A DNA stretch of 64,000 nucleotides from an uncultured Verrucomicrobiae bacterium (GCA_963836755.1 CAWIKF010000002.1:736001-800000); one strand, 5' to 3'; positions 19,161 to 30,103 are shown, numbered from the stretch's first letter. The notes: a model not told the origin generated them from the sequence alone. Made by a program: numbers and translations.

Positions 19161-20303
19161 TTAATGCGACTGTGACTGGCTTGACTGCAATGGGAGGTTT
19201 GTTGCCGTCTTTTGCAAATCGTGATCCAAGCCAGCGCCATCAAAAGGAATAACGATGATCTTGCTGCCGTGGTTGTCATTCCCATGTTCCTCTTCCTTCG
19301 GCACGTCGATGACAGCGAGAGTGACAGCGGCGACATGGCCGTTCTCGATATAAACACTCGCGCGTTCGAGTTTGTTCCAGTGATTAACGGTGCCGTCGGT
19401 GTAGCGCACAAAATCCCTAGCCTGATCATAAGCGAGTCCGCGAAAGGTCCAGCCGTTGATGCCATCAGTGGAGGTAAGATGATACGCTTTCCGGTCGCTC
19501 CAGTTGTTGACGACGATGTGATATAGGCCGCCGCTGAACCAGATGACAGGGTCTTCGAGGTGCTGCAGGCTATGCTTTGGAAGGTTGGCAATCCCGGGAT
19601 AAATGCTAGGACCTTGGACAGTGTAAGGACCTAGGATGCCATTCGTGCTGATCATGATGGCGCCGGAGCGCGGCACGATCTCGAAATTTCCATCGGGACG
19701 AATCATCATGCTCACGTTCGACATGCGTCCCAGTTTGCTGAATTCATTGTCGGCGACCTGAATCTTTCCAAGGTGTTCCCAAGGACCGTTCAAGGACTTG
19801 GAAACAAACACATCGCCCGGCCGCGTCTCACTAACTATGACGGCGTAGCGGCCATCCGGCAAAACCAACGCAATCACATTATGGCCTTGGCCGGTTTGAT
19901 TGTCTGGCCAACAAACTCCTTGGTCGATATAAGGGCCAGTCAGGCTGTCGCTGACGGCATGAATGGCTTTCGACCCGCCCCATTCAACACCCCTCGGCAT
20001 ATCTCCTTTATGTCCACCGGACTGGTCCCAGCGGCTTGCAAACAAATGATACACTCCGTCGCTTCCCTTGATGATCTTTCCATCCCAGTAGTTCCAATGT
20101 TTCATCGTCGCGTCTTCGAGACCGTTCTTCGGATCGCGAGGGCCCACAGTCGCTGCGCCCCACACAGTAGTGGATAGCGAACTTGTAATCGGCATCGGCA
20201 GGAAATAATCGATGAATGTCTTGCTGGTCTTGGGTTCCTGTCCAAAACCGGCGCAAAGGGTCGCCATGTAGGCAAAGCCTGCTAGCAGTGTTGCTGGATT
20301 CAA
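19161..20303 (-). CDS. Five-bladed beta-propeller glycoside hydrolase (GH43/clan F-J-like)
   Basis: WDGKII..DGVYHLFASRW, GHN, LEDPVIW, KLER. Confidence 0.7.
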   Translation of the reverse strand: MNPATLLAGFAYMATLCAGFGQEPKTSKTFIDYFLPMPITSSLSTTVWGAATVGPRDPKNGLEDATMKHWNYWDGKIIKGSDGVYHLFASRWDQSGGHKGDMPRGVEWGGSKAIHAVSDSLTGPYIDQGVCWPDNQTGQGHNVIALVLPDGRYAVIVSETRPGDVFVSKSLNGPWEHLGKIQVADNEFSKLGRMSNVSMMIRPDGNFEIVPRSGAIMISTNGILGPYTVQGPSIYPGIANLPKHSLQHLEDPVIWFSGGLYHIVVNNWSDRKAYHLTSTDGINGWTFRGLAYDQARDFVRYTDGTVNHWNKLERASVYIENGHVAAVTLAVIDVPKEEEHGNDNHGSKIIVIPFDGAGLDHDLQKTATNLPLQSSQSQSH

Positions 20304-20346
20304 AGTTCAACTATTCTTCGTGAGAAGGTGAATGCGCGGAAAAAAC

Positions 20347-22746
20347 TTATTCGATGCCCCATGACTTGTTCGGCTCGGGGCCCAGAACCAGCTCCAAAGT
20401 TCCTCCCGCGGTGATTTCCGAATAGTTGAGCCAGCAACGGTTGAATGGTTGTCCATTCAGTGTCGCTGACTGGATGTAGGGATTGGCTGGTGAATTGTTC
20501 TTCGCCGTAATGGTAAAGCTTTTGCCCGTGGCGTATTTCGGGTCAAACCTTAGCGTGATCTTGTCGAAGAGTGGCGTAGAAACCTCGAAGCGCGGATCAC
20601 CGGGATTCAACTGTGCAAGACCTATGGCGCTCAGCACATACCATGCAGACATTTGTCCCACATCGTCATCTCCGGGCAGACCTTCCGGGCCGATGTTATA
20701 AATGTTCTCTTCCTGGAGCACCCACTTTTGCGTCAGCCATGGCGCACCGGCGCGGTTAAAAAGATAAGCGATAAGTTCGGTCGGTTCATTGCCGGGATTG
20801 TTATAAGGACTCGACCACGATCTGCCGCCAGTCGGGTTCGGCTTTCCCATGTAGGGATTCCAACTGGTGTAGTCGGGAGAGCGCTTGAAGAAATCGTCGA
20901 GCTTCTCGACGAAAAGTTCCTTGCCGCCGAGCAAATCGATCAACCCCGGCACATCATTGTAAACCGTCCATCCAGTCTGGTAAACGCTCGACTCTCTTCC
21001 GCCCTTCGGAGATGTAAGACCAAGCCACGGCTCAAAGTTGCCGTTCCCATCCTTTACGCGAAACCAACCTTTCCACGCCGGTTTCGCATCCGTCCCGGCG
21101 GCATCGTAAGTCCACGCTTGGTTCGGATCGAACAAATGTTTGTAAGATAATGACGACTGCAAATACTTTTCCGCATCCTGCTTGTAACCGAGAGATAGTG
21201 CGAACTTACCGAGGTTCCACTCATCCACACCGTAGTCGATAGTCTCCGCAATCGATTCGCGGCGATAACCAGCGGCACCGTTCCCGTTCTTATATGTGGT
21301 GTTGACTGCATACTCGTAGGCCTTCTTGCTGTCAAAGTTACGGATGCCCTTCTGCCACGCGTCATTGATTACGGGCACTTCCGGGTTTCCAGTCATGACG
21401 CCGGTGTAGCTTCCCATGATCTCCCAGCGATCATAGAAATGCGTTCCATTGAGATCGGCAAGCGTGACCATGCTATTGATCTGGTCGTTGACAACGTCCG
21501 GAGCTACCAGCGTCAAAAGTGGATATTCACTCCGATAACCATCCCATCCACTGAAGAGTGTCCTATTCACAAAGGCGCTGGTCTTATGCGGCTTGTGGTC
21601 GCCGCCGGGGAAACTCCCGTCAAGGTCAGCGTAGATCATCGGGAAAAGCATCGCTCGGTAAAGCGCGCTATAGAATATCGTCTTATGATCTTCCGTCCCG
21701 CCCTCCACAGTCATCCGATCCAGCGCCTTCACCCACGACTCGCGCGCTTGACGATGCACGCCGTCGAAATCCCATGCCGGTATTTCCGCAGTGAGGTTCG
21801 CGCGCGCGCCATCGATGCTGACATAGGAGATGCCAGCTTTCACCATCACCACTTCGCCAGGCTTTGTCGGAAATTCCGCATAGAAACCGAGATGCTGCCC
21901 TTCCTTCTCGCGGCAATCAGGAATAACCGCTGCATTTTTACAAGCCTCGATGAATGCAGGATCACTCACAGTCTTGCCAGGGGCATGGTAAGGAACTTTG
22001 GCGTCATTCCAAACCTGCGGAAGCGTCGCGCTCCAGACACCTACCTTCGTTATAGGTCTGCTAAACTCCATGTGATAGTAGAGCGTGTAGGAAGTATGGC
22101 CGAAACGCCATCCGCCGCCCTGCCACGGACAATCGACCACACCTTCGATGGTATGATCGTCCGTCATCTTCACACTTTGGTGCAGCGAAGTCCCATCGTT
22201 GCGGTGCGAAAGGTCGATCTGAATGCGCGAAGCTGCATTCTCGGGAAAGGTAAAACGGAGCATCCCGCTATGCGGCGCAGCCGTCGCTTCCGCGCGAATA
22301 TTGTAGTCATCCAAGGTCACCGCGTAATACCCCGCGGAAGCAGTTTCGGTGTTCTTGGAAAAAGCCGAGCAATAGCCGGTCCCAGCCTTTCCCCGCTGTC
22401 CCCAATAAGTATGCAAAGGTCCCGTAGTCGCAGTCGTCAAAAGGTTCGCCAGCTCCGCGCCATCCGCGCCGCCGATGTGATTGAAGCTAAAGCCGCTCAG
22501 CGTTTTGTCGGAGTAATAATAGCTGACCACGCCGGCGGTCACGGTATCAGGACTCACCTTCGCCATGCCGAACGGCGTCGATGCGCCCGGAAAATCTTTT
22601 CCCTGACTTCCCGTGCCGATGAAAGGATCGATGTAATCCACAGGCTCCTTTGCAACAAGCGCGCAGAGGCCGTTGAAAAAAAGGAGCAGGAAGATAGCCG
22701 CCAGCGAGCGGCTATGACTGCGTGGAAACGAGGGGCAGATTCTCAT
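20347..22746 (-). CDS. GH92 alpha-mannosidase family
   Basis: VDYIDPFIGT, FPGASTPFGMAKVSPDT, FSGWD, GNEP, GLPGDDDVGQMSAWYVLSAIG. Confidence 0.9.
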   Translation of the reverse strand: MRICPSFPRSHSRSLAAIFLLLFFNGLCALVAKEPVDYIDPFIGTGSQGKDFPGASTPFGMAKVSPDTVTAGVVSYYYSDKTLSGFSFNHIGGADGAELANLLTTATTGPLHTYWGQRGKAGTGYCSAFSKNTETASAGYYAVTLDDYNIRAEATAAPHSGMLRFTFPENAASRIQIDLSHRNDGTSLHQSVKMTDDHTIEGVVDCPWQGGGWRFGHTSYTLYYHMEFSRPITKVGVWSATLPQVWNDAKVPYHAPGKTVSDPAFIEACKNAAVIPDCREKEGQHLGFYAEFPTKPGEVVMVKAGISYVSIDGARANLTAEIPAWDFDGVHRQARESWVKALDRMTVEGGTEDHKTIFYSALYRAMLFPMIYADLDGSFPGGDHKPHKTSAFVNRTLFSGWDGYRSEYPLLTLVAPDVVNDQINSMVTLADLNGTHFYDRWEIMGSYTGVMTGNPEVPVINDAWQKGIRNFDSKKAYEYAVNTTYKNGNGAAGYRRESIAETIDYGVDEWNLGKFALSLGYKQDAEKYLQSSLSYKHLFDPNQAWTYDAAGTDAKPAWKGWFRVKDGNGNFEPWLGLTSPKGGRESSVYQTGWTVYNDVPGLIDLLGGKELFVEKLDDFFKRSPDYTSWNPYMGKPNPTGGRSWSSPYNNPGNEPTELIAYLFNRAGAPWLTQKWVLQEENIYNIGPEGLPGDDDVGQMSAWYVLSAIGLAQLNPGDPRFEVSTPLFDKITLRFDPKYATGKSFTITAKNNSPANPYIQSATLNGQPFNRCWLNYSEITAGGTLELVLGPEPNKSWGIE

Positions 22747-22825
22747 GAGTCTCAGGCTAATGGATGCGTGACCGATGACAACCAGTTCTTGAAGGAGTGA
22801 TGCGGTTCACGGAAGCGAGCAGAGC

Positions 22826-25466
22826 TTAATGTTCAATCGTCGCTGACAGGTCGTCGACCGAGAGGCTATGGATTCCAGACGCAACCTGAACCTTCCAATG
22901 CAGCGTCGATTCCGCATCACGGTCCAGCTTGACCTGCTGCGACTGCACCGGTTGCCCATCAATCGATACTGTGACTGGGCAAGAGCCGCGGAGGCTGCCG
23001 ATGTTGCGGGCAGTCACGGTGACCGAACAGAGCCCGGCGGTATCAGTTTGGGCTTGCAGATCACGACACTCCAAAAGGGGGCCATACCGGCACTTACTCA
23101 AGATGGTGCAGTGGTTATTTCCTCCGCTGAAATGCCAGAGCCAGCCGTCCTTTACAATCGTCTGACCCGGGAACACGGACCCATTCGTCGCCGTGAAATC
23201 TTCGGGCGCATCTGTGGGAGCATTGCCATACCAATCGGTTAGCCACGGAAGATCGCAACGCCAAAGAACCTTCGTCGGATCCGACCCGCTTAGAACTCCC
23301 TCGCCGATGGAGCAAAGGCGGTTGCCGACGATTCCCTTGCCACGAGGTTTTCCTTCGTTTACGCCGATTTGGGATTCGAAACGGATGTTGTTGTCGGAAT
23401 CAACGAAGATGTCGCCCGAGCACTCATGGTCCGTGCACCAAGCGTCCCGGCTGCCTCTCAGGTTGGCGCTGCCGGCCTTGATCCACTGGTGTAGGTCGGT
23501 GGAAAGATCGATAGCCCCTTCCTCAATCATCGTGACGTAGCGATAAGGCGTGCCTTCAAATTGGATGGCAGGAATAGCGGGGTCATCCTGGGTGTCGATA
23601 AACCCACCCATCTTGCCCGGAGTTTTTCCCATGTTGAGAAGCCACGGAACGCTCCAGTGGATGAAGTCCGAACTGGAGCACATCACTTCTCCACCTGGCC
23701 GTTTGCCGGGCTTGAGCTTCGCCTGAATCTCCGGCGGCAGCGGGAAGGTGTTAATATGGGAGTTCTCTTCCAGATAGACCTGATCGCTTCCTTTGGGCCA
23801 GATCAAATCGGGATCCTCCTTGCTGTCACCGCCAGATTCCCTCGGAAAGATGGGGTTGGCCGGACTTTTTATCCAATGGATTCCATCGGCACTCGTGGCG
23901 AGGCCAAGTTCACTGTTGGGAGGACCATTCGGCGGAGCAGCCTTCGCATTTCCCCGATAAACCATATGCCATGTGCCGTTCCGCACGACGACGGCTGGGT
24001 TGAAGGCTCCTTTCGCGTCCCAAGACCCCGGCGCTCCGGGACGAAGCACGATCCGGAGACTGTCCGGGTCCCATTTATAGACGAGCTTGTTAAGAAGACG
24101 GAGGGATACTTTGTCGAAACTTGCTTTTCCCGACAAAGAAACCACCACGGGATGATCAGGCGTGCGGACATCGCTCAGATCGCGTAGCGTCACGGCGGGC
24201 GAACCATCAGAGGGAGCGAGAGTCGCCATGATGCAACCGGAGCGGCGTGAATAGGCGAGTTTCAACTCAAACGCGGTTCCGGGCGGGAGCGTGATCGGCT
24301 TGGCGGCGATTTCCCAAGTGATGGCATCGCCCTCCGTGCGTTCGTTCCAGCCCTCTACCTGATAAGCCTTCGGCGTGACGTCAAAGATGGAGTAGCGGTT
24401 GGATCCTTCCACCTTCCGTTCGAGGCGGAGTTCGCTGCGGGTCAGATCAACAACGGCACAAAGTTGCGTGCCGTCATCGGCTTGGAATCCTACTCCCATC
24501 ACAGAATCCGCGCCGCCGGGTTTGATGCGCACCGAAAGCTCGCCTTCGGTTTTGTCGAGACGGATTGTTTTGCGCATGGCCAAACCGGGCCCGGCTGCTT
24601 CGAGACCCGGAGCTGTCGCCGCCTTTGGAAATCGTCATTCCCTTCAGCAGCCATGTGTCGGGATTCAGCGAGGAGAAATCCTCGGAAAACTCGCTGAACG
24701 GATAGGGAGGCGGAGGACCAACGACGAAGGAAAACATGTTCGAGGGTTGCAGTTTTCCATCCGCTCGCGCGGCGATGACGCGCCAGTGGTGGGGACCGGC
24801 CGCGAGACCGGTCGTCTGGAAGGACGCAGCCGAAGCATCCACCGATTTCACGACCGAGCCGTCCACCTCGACTTGATACTTTCCCGCCTGCGGCAAGGGA
24901 TTCCAGCGGAGGAGGACATCGCCGGTGGTCTGACATGAGCCGTTAGGGGAAAGCAGGGTGAAACCATGCACAGGCGTCAGAGTGATGCGCGCCAGCGCGA
25001 GGTCTGAACCGCTGGATGCAGGATTCTTCCCGCTCACGCGAAAGCGAAACGAGTTGTTTGTAGCTTTGAGGAACGTCACCTCGCCGAAGGAAACCGTCGC
25101 GAGCGATTCACCGGCCGACGCGTAGCAATCCACCGGCTCACCCACCGGGTCGCCATTCACCTGTAGCTGGCAAATCCCTTTGTCCGGCCCTTTGAGCAGG
25201 CCGACATCCACGCGGTAAGTCCCCGGTTGATCGACCTGTATGAAAAACTCCCCCCAAACGCCGGCTTTCTCAGCATGGAGCACGCTTACGGCGCTCCCGT
25301 CTGGATTCTCCCGGCGGAGCAGTTGATTCGGCGGAAAGGAATTGAAAGGAAGCTCAGCGCATTTCTCCGAAAGCTCGCGGGCCTTCTGATCCTGCGCTAA
25401 TACACGCGTGGCATCGACGGTGACAAACAGCAAAAGAGCTGTGGTCATTACTAATTTCGGGTTCAT
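22826..25466 (-). CDS. Multidomain secreted protein with GH130-like propeller (apparent +1 frameshift near 24607)
   Basis: ORFs 24474-25466 and 22826-24583 join after removing one G. Signal peptide, CBM-like and Ig-like domains, AFNPAVV...YRG...LGLATSADGIHW...EDP. Confidence 0.65.
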
Positions 25467-25609
25467 AGGGAGGTTCCAGGACGGATGTATTTTTGCGCCT
25501 GCAAGGGGAAAGACGCCCTATAAACAAGTCAGGGCACCGAAAGTTGCAGCGAAGTAAAACTCTGAGCGCGAGTCAAAGTCGGCCGCACCAAGAGAGCCCT
25601 TCGAAAACT

Positions 25610-26371
25610 CTAATTCCCGCTCGCCCATTGAATCGCCCCCAGGATATGAGAGGCGAATATCGGATCATCGAAAGACCCTTCATGGCCGAAGGACGTGAAA
25701 AAAGCCCGGCCACCATCATAGGTGTGATACCAGGCGGCGGGATAGGCGGGATCCTGCAGATCCAGATCCCGTAGCTTCCGGCCATCGACCGTCAAGACGA
25801 CGTGCAAGCCGGAGCCCATGTTTTTGAAACGAAAGTATTGATCCTTGTGAGCAAAGTCTGACGGCAGCCCCGCGGTGGAAGGGTGGGTGGCGTCCATCAC
25901 ATGAATCGGGGCCGGTTCGAAATGCCTGTCCCCTGCGGAGGAAGCGCCGACCAGGCCGGCAAACCAAGGCCAGCTCTTTTCGCAATCGACCACCGCATGA
26001 ACGCCGACAAAGGCCCCGCCGCCCTCGATATATTGCTTGAGAGCTTGTTGCTGGGCGGCGTCGAGCACTTCTCCACACGCATTCAGGAAGACAAGCACCT
26101 TGTATGGCTTGAGCCCTTCTGGCGTGAAAACCGATGCGTCGGAGTTGATATCCGCCGTGAAACCATGCGCCGGACCGAGAGCTTGCAAGGCAGTGCTCGC
26201 CGCTGGAATCCCTTTGTCGTGATATGCCTTGAATGTTTTGTTAAAAATCAAGATCCGATACGGCTCCGCGGCTGTCCCCCGCACGGTCGATAAACAAAGA
26301 AGGCTGCATGCGATCAGGCGAAGAACGGCGCGAATAGTCATGACAGTGTTAGGCTTTCCAAAGGTGCTCAT
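25610..26371 (-). CDS. ThuA-like (class I GATase-like) domain protein
   Basis: ILIFNKT, YIEGGGAFVGVHA, YDGGRAFFTSFGH. Confidence 0.85.
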   Translation of the reverse strand: MSTFGKPNTVMTIRAVLRLIACSLLCLSTVRGTAAEPYRILIFNKTFKAYHDKGIPAASTALQALGPAHGFTADINSDASVFTPEGLKPYKVLVFLNACGEVLDAAQQQALKQYIEGGGAFVGVHAVVDCEKSWPWFAGLVGASSAGDRHFEPAPIHVMDATHPSTAGLPSDFAHKDQYFRFKNMGSGLHVVLTVDGRKLRDLDLQDPAYPAAWYHTYDGGRAFFTSFGHEGSFDDPIFASHILGAIQWASGN

Positions 26372-27270
26372 CAGTTACTCAAGTTCAGAACCACGGGCGA
26401 GGGCGATGGTGTGGCGTCCTTCGGCTCTTCCATTCCTCCCGCCCACCGGACGGCCGATAGCATCAGCACCCGCATCTCCGGTTCCAGGAAAGATTCTGCA
26501 AAGTGGCCCATCGCCGAGTAGAAAACCCGCCCTCCTTCAAACTCATGGCACCAGCAGATCACATGCGGCGCGACGATGGCGGCAGGATCGCCAACCGGAG
26601 GAACCGGCCCACCCTTCGTCCCTTTCTCCACGATCCCATCTCCATGCCATCGCGTCTCGCTGACCGTGAGGAGCGGCGTTACATGCGCAGGCTCGGGCTT
26701 GAACGTATACCATTCATCCGTGCGGCTCCAGGAAGGCGGCAGGCCCCGCACCGCTGGTTCAGCGCGATCCACCACCGTGACCGTCGCCTTTTGCACCCAT
26801 GGATGACTCAGGAACTTTGCTCCCAACAATTGCTGATACCATGGCCACGCCTTTTCCGCCGTGGAGGCCCCGTGCAATCCCACGAATCCCCCGCCGCCAT
26901 GGATATAGTCCATCAACGCAGTCCGCTGCTCCGGCGAGAAAAGATCGCCGCTATTGTTGAGGAAAATCAATACGCGATAAGGCTTCAATCCCTCCGCGGT
27001 GAATCGAGCGGAGTCATCAGTCTGGTCCACCGTCATGTGGTCGGCCTCCAGCACACTGGCGAGGTTCTTCGCCGAGATGGGTGTCATCTTATGCACGTAG
27101 CCGGTCATCTTCGTAAAGATCAGCACGCGAGGTTGCTCCGCGGCCTCCATGCCAGCAGTAAGGACGCACGTAAGAGCGACCATCAGGATGACCCATCGGA
27201 TGGAAGCTCTCGCCCGGGAGTTCGCAGGGGGATTAGTCTTCATAGGCTGTAGCAGCTTTGTATCTGACAA
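26371..27270 (-). CDS. ThuA-like domain protein
   Basis: VLIFTKMTGYVH, GGGFVGLHGA, DEWY, GGRVFYSAMGH. Likely start ATG 27243. Confidence 0.85.
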   Translation of the reverse strand: MSDTKLLQPMKTNPPANSRARASIRWVILMVALTCVLTAGMEAAEQPRVLIFTKMTGYVHKMTPISAKNLASVLEADHMTVDQTDDSARFTAEGLKPYRVLIFLNNSGDLFSPEQRTALMDYIHGGGGFVGLHGASTAEKAWPWYQQLLGAKFLSHPWVQKATVTVVDRAEPAVRGLPPSWSRTDEWYTFKPEPAHVTPLLTVSETRWHGDGIVEKGTKGGPVPPVGDPAAIVAPHVICWCHEFEGGRVFYSAMGHFAESFLEPEMRVLMLSAVRWAGGMEEPKDATPSPSPVVLNLSN

Positions 27271-27421
27271 AGGTTCGTGAGGGAGCTAGCTGAGGGCGCC
27301 GTCTTAGGCGGTTGGATCGACTTTATAAACAGTCGACTTCTGAGCGATAGGATACCACCAGGGAAGTGTAAACAACAAAGCATCACCGAGACGAACGCCG
27401 CCCGCTTGCGATATGCTTCAC

Positions 27422-27462
27422 AAAAAAAAAGAGCGGCAGCCCCTCTCAAAAGGCTGCCGCTC
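27422..27462 (-). terminator. Intrinsic terminator of the Fn3 gene
   Basis: Minus strand gagcggcagcc...gctgccgctc followed by T9. Confidence 0.8.
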
Positions 27463-27488
27463 CCACTCAACTCAAAACTTTTACGCGA

Positions 27489-28535
27489 TTACCTGCGCGC
27501 GATCTCCGGATGAATGTTGCTGGGGCCATTCGCATGACCGTTTCCATTGGCAGAGCCATTGCCATTCGAGATGGGCGCGGGCTCGGCTGCCACGACTTTC
27601 ACCTCAGCCACCTTCTCCAGCGGCAGCGTGAAAACAATGGGATCACTCGGCACGCCTTGCAGATTCCCATTCACCGCCTGCACGATGATCTGCACCGGCT
27701 TGCCCGGCACGTAGCCAGACAATGACGCCATCGGCTGCGTCGTGCTTGCGGCTAAAATGTAGTCGGTCTGCAAGCCCACCAGCAGCGTCCGCCAGCGATA
27801 ACGCTTTGCCAGCGGCACCGCGTGGCATTGCACGATGATCGCGCCAGTGCCGTCAGTCGTCGCCGTCACATTCACCGGCTTGCCCGGAGTGGAAGGCGTC
27901 GCCGGCGATGTCAGGCCAAAGTCGGGCCAGCGCGGGTCGTCGGCAGCCATCGTCGAAAGGAGGATGCCGATCAAACTCCGCATCGTGCCGATGAGAGTAT
28001 CATAGGCCGTGTTCCATTGCGTGGTGAGCGTATCAAAGGCCGACTGCTCATCCTTGAGCGCCTGCTTCGCGGTGGAAAGCGCCGTCTGCAGCGCTGTCCC
28101 CTGCGCCGCGGTCACCTTCGTCTTTGGCACCTCATAGCTTGGGTTGCTGGTCAGGAAAGCAGTCATCGCCATTCCTAGCGAAGCCTGTTTGCCGATCGTG
28201 CCCGGGATTTCCAGCGAGGGCGAGATGAAGCCGACCGCGATCCATTGCGAGTTCCATTGATTGCCAAAGGAGCTGCAGAGCGCGTTCTTTACCACCAGCA
28301 GCCACGCCGCGAGATCGGCCTGCGCCGCCTGCACCGCGTCGCTCAAACCCTGGCGCTTGGTGCGCTCGGCATTGTAGCTGGCATCGACTGCGAGGAAGGC
28401 CGCGAGCTGTGTCGCGATCTCCGCCGGGGTTACCTGTGTTAGTTTTAAAGCCGACGCCCATTTGGTGAGGCCCGCTTCCATGTCATTCCCCAGCTCGTCG
28501 AGCTGGGCCGTTGTTAATGTAGATATATCGATCAT
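27489..28535 (-). CDS. Cytoplasmic helical-repeat + fibronectin type III domain protein
   Basis: Two similar helical segments ending W..VGF and W.DFG, then PGKPVNVTA...IIVQAVNG..GVPSDP. No signal peptide. Confidence 0.75.
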   Translation of the reverse strand: MIDISTLTTAQLDELGNDMEAGLTKWASALKLTQVTPAEIATQLAAFLAVDASYNAERTKRQGLSDAVQAAQADLAAWLLVVKNALCSSFGNQWNSQWIAVGFISPSLEIPGTIGKQASLGMAMTAFLTSNPSYEVPKTKVTAAQGTALQTALSTAKQALKDEQSAFDTLTTQWNTAYDTLIGTMRSLIGILLSTMAADDPRWPDFGLTSPATPSTPGKPVNVTATTDGTGAIIVQCHAVPLAKRYRWRTLLVGLQTDYILAASTTQPMASLSGYVPGKPVQIIVQAVNGNLQGVPSDPIVFTLPLEKVAEVKVVAAEPAPISNGNGSANGNGHANGPSNIHPEIARR

Positions 28536-28552
28536 ACTAGGTGCAGAGACTT

Positions 28553-28568
28553 AGCAGGCACCGTGCCA
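28553..28568 (-). promoter_or_regulatory. sigma54 promoter of the Fn3 gene
   Basis: Minus strand TGGCACGGTGCCTGCT, near-consensus TGGCACG-N4-TTGCW, 17 bp upstream of the ATG. Confidence 0.75.
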
Positions 28569-28659
28569 CATCGAGATGAGTTAAAAGTGAAGAGTTAGGA
28601 GCTACGAACCAGCTCCACGAGCCAGAAGCTACTCCAGCCAACCCCACGATAGCTCTCCC

Positions 28660-29012
28660 GAGCGTCCAGACGCCCTATCTGGACTGCAAAACAGCATCTG
28701 GCGCCGCCAGACGCCTTTTTGAAGCCACAAATTCTCATCTGGCGCCGCCAGACGGCATTTTGAAGCCACAAATTCTCATCTGGCGCGGCCAGACGGCGTT
28801 TTGAAGCCACAAATTCTCATCTGGCGCGGCCAGACGGCGTTTTGAAGCCACAAATTCTCATCTGGCGCGGCCAGACGGCGTTTTGAAGCCACAAATTCTC
28901 ATCTGGCGCGGCCAGACGGCGTTTTGAAGCCACAAATTCTCATCTGGCGCGGCCAGACGCCATTTTGAAGCCACAAATTCTCATCTGGCGCCGCCAGACG
29001 CCGTTTTGAAGT
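28660..29012. repeat. 41-bp tandem array with internal hairpin (8 copies + 1 degenerate)
   Basis: catctggcgcggccagacggcgttttgaagccacaaattct; ggcgc anchors at 28700, 28741, 28782, 28823, 28864, 28905, 28946, 28987. Confidence 0.95.
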
Positions 29013-29049
29013 CTCGAACCCGCTCCACGCCGGACTGGGGGCCGCGCGT

Positions 29050-30066
29050 TTACCCTGAGTCGAGCGGACTGCGCACGCCGAGGCCCGGCTTGTTGAGCAC
29101 ATGGGTGTAGATCATCGTCGTCGAGACATCGCGGTGGCCGAGAAGCTCCTGCACCGTGCGAATGTCGTAGCCATTCTCCAGCAGGTGCGTGGCAAAGCTG
29201 TGCCGGAAGGTGTGGCAGCTCGCCGCCTTGGCGATGCCGGCCTCTCGGATCGCCCGCTTCACCGCGCGCTGGAGGGTGCTTTCATCGAGATGATGCCGCC
29301 GCTCCACGCCCGTGCGCCCGTCCAGCCCCGGCCGCGGATCATGCGAGCGCTGGGCGGAGGGGAAGACATATTGCCACGCCCACGCGCGCCCGGCTTCTGG
29401 ATACTTCCGCGCGAGCGCGAAAGGGAGATATACCTCGCCAAAGCCCTTCCGCACATCGTCCGCGTGCAGGTTTTTCACCTCCTCGAGATGTGCGCGCAGG
29501 CGGGGAATCAACCGCTCCGGCAGCATCGTGACCCGATCCTTGAACCCCTTGCCATCGCGCACCGTGATCTGGTGGTAGCCAAAGTCGATGTCCTTCACGC
29601 GCAGCCGCACGCATTCCATGAGCCGCAGGCCACTGCCATATAATAAGAGCGCCATGATGCGCGGCACCCCGGTCAGCTTCCCGAGGATGGCGCGCGACTC
29701 CGCGCTCGTGAGCACCACCGGCACGCGCACCGGCATCTTCGAGCGCTCAATGTCCGCGATCCAGCCGAGCTCCTGCTTTAAAACCTCGCGGTAGAGGAAA
29801 AGAATCGCGCTGAAAGCCTGGTTCTGGGTCGATGCCGCCACCGCGCCCTCCACGGCCAGATGGCTGAGGAACGCGCGCACCTCCGGCTCCCCCATCTCGC
29901 GCGGATGGCGTTTCCCGTGGAAAAGGATGAAGCGGCGGATCCAAGCGAGATAAGCCTCCTCGGTGCGGATGCTGTAGTGCTTGAAGCGGATGACCTCGCG
30001 CACCTGCTCGATTAATTTTAATCTCGGCTTGCCCCCTATGCCCGAAACTAATAATCTAGCCTCCAT
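29050..30066 (-). CDS. intI: Integron integrase
   Basis: [32 protein letters not shown], integron-specific insertion [12 protein letters not shown]...[33 protein letters not shown]. Confidence 0.97.
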   Translation of the reverse strand: MEARLLVSGIGGKPRLKLIEQVREVIRFKHYSIRTEEAYLAWIRRFILFHGKRHPREMGEPEVRAFLSHLAVEGAVAASTQNQAFSAILFLYREVLKQELGWIADIERSKMPVRVPVVLTSAESRAILGKLTGVPRIMALLLYGSGLRLMECVRLRVKDIDFGYHQITVRDGKGFKDRVTMLPERLIPRLRAHLEEVKNLHADDVRKGFGEVYLPFALARKYPEAGRAWAWQYVFPSAQRSHDPRPGLDGRTGVERRHHLDESTLQRAVKRAIREAGIAKAASCHTFRHSFATHLLENGYDIRTVQELLGHRDVSTTMIYTHVLNKPGLGVRSPLDSG

Positions 30067-30073
30067 GCGCCGC

Positions 30074-30103
30074 TTTATAACACGACATAAAGGGAAAACG
30101 CAA
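30074..30103 (-). promoter_or_regulatory. Putative PintI promoter
   Basis: Minus strand TTGCGT-18 nt-TATAAA with extended TG, a few nt before ATG 30066. Confidence 0.5.

Noticed and set aside
28660..29012. CRISPR array
   Set aside because: Units are head-to-tail with no unique spacers, and there are no cas genes in the window.
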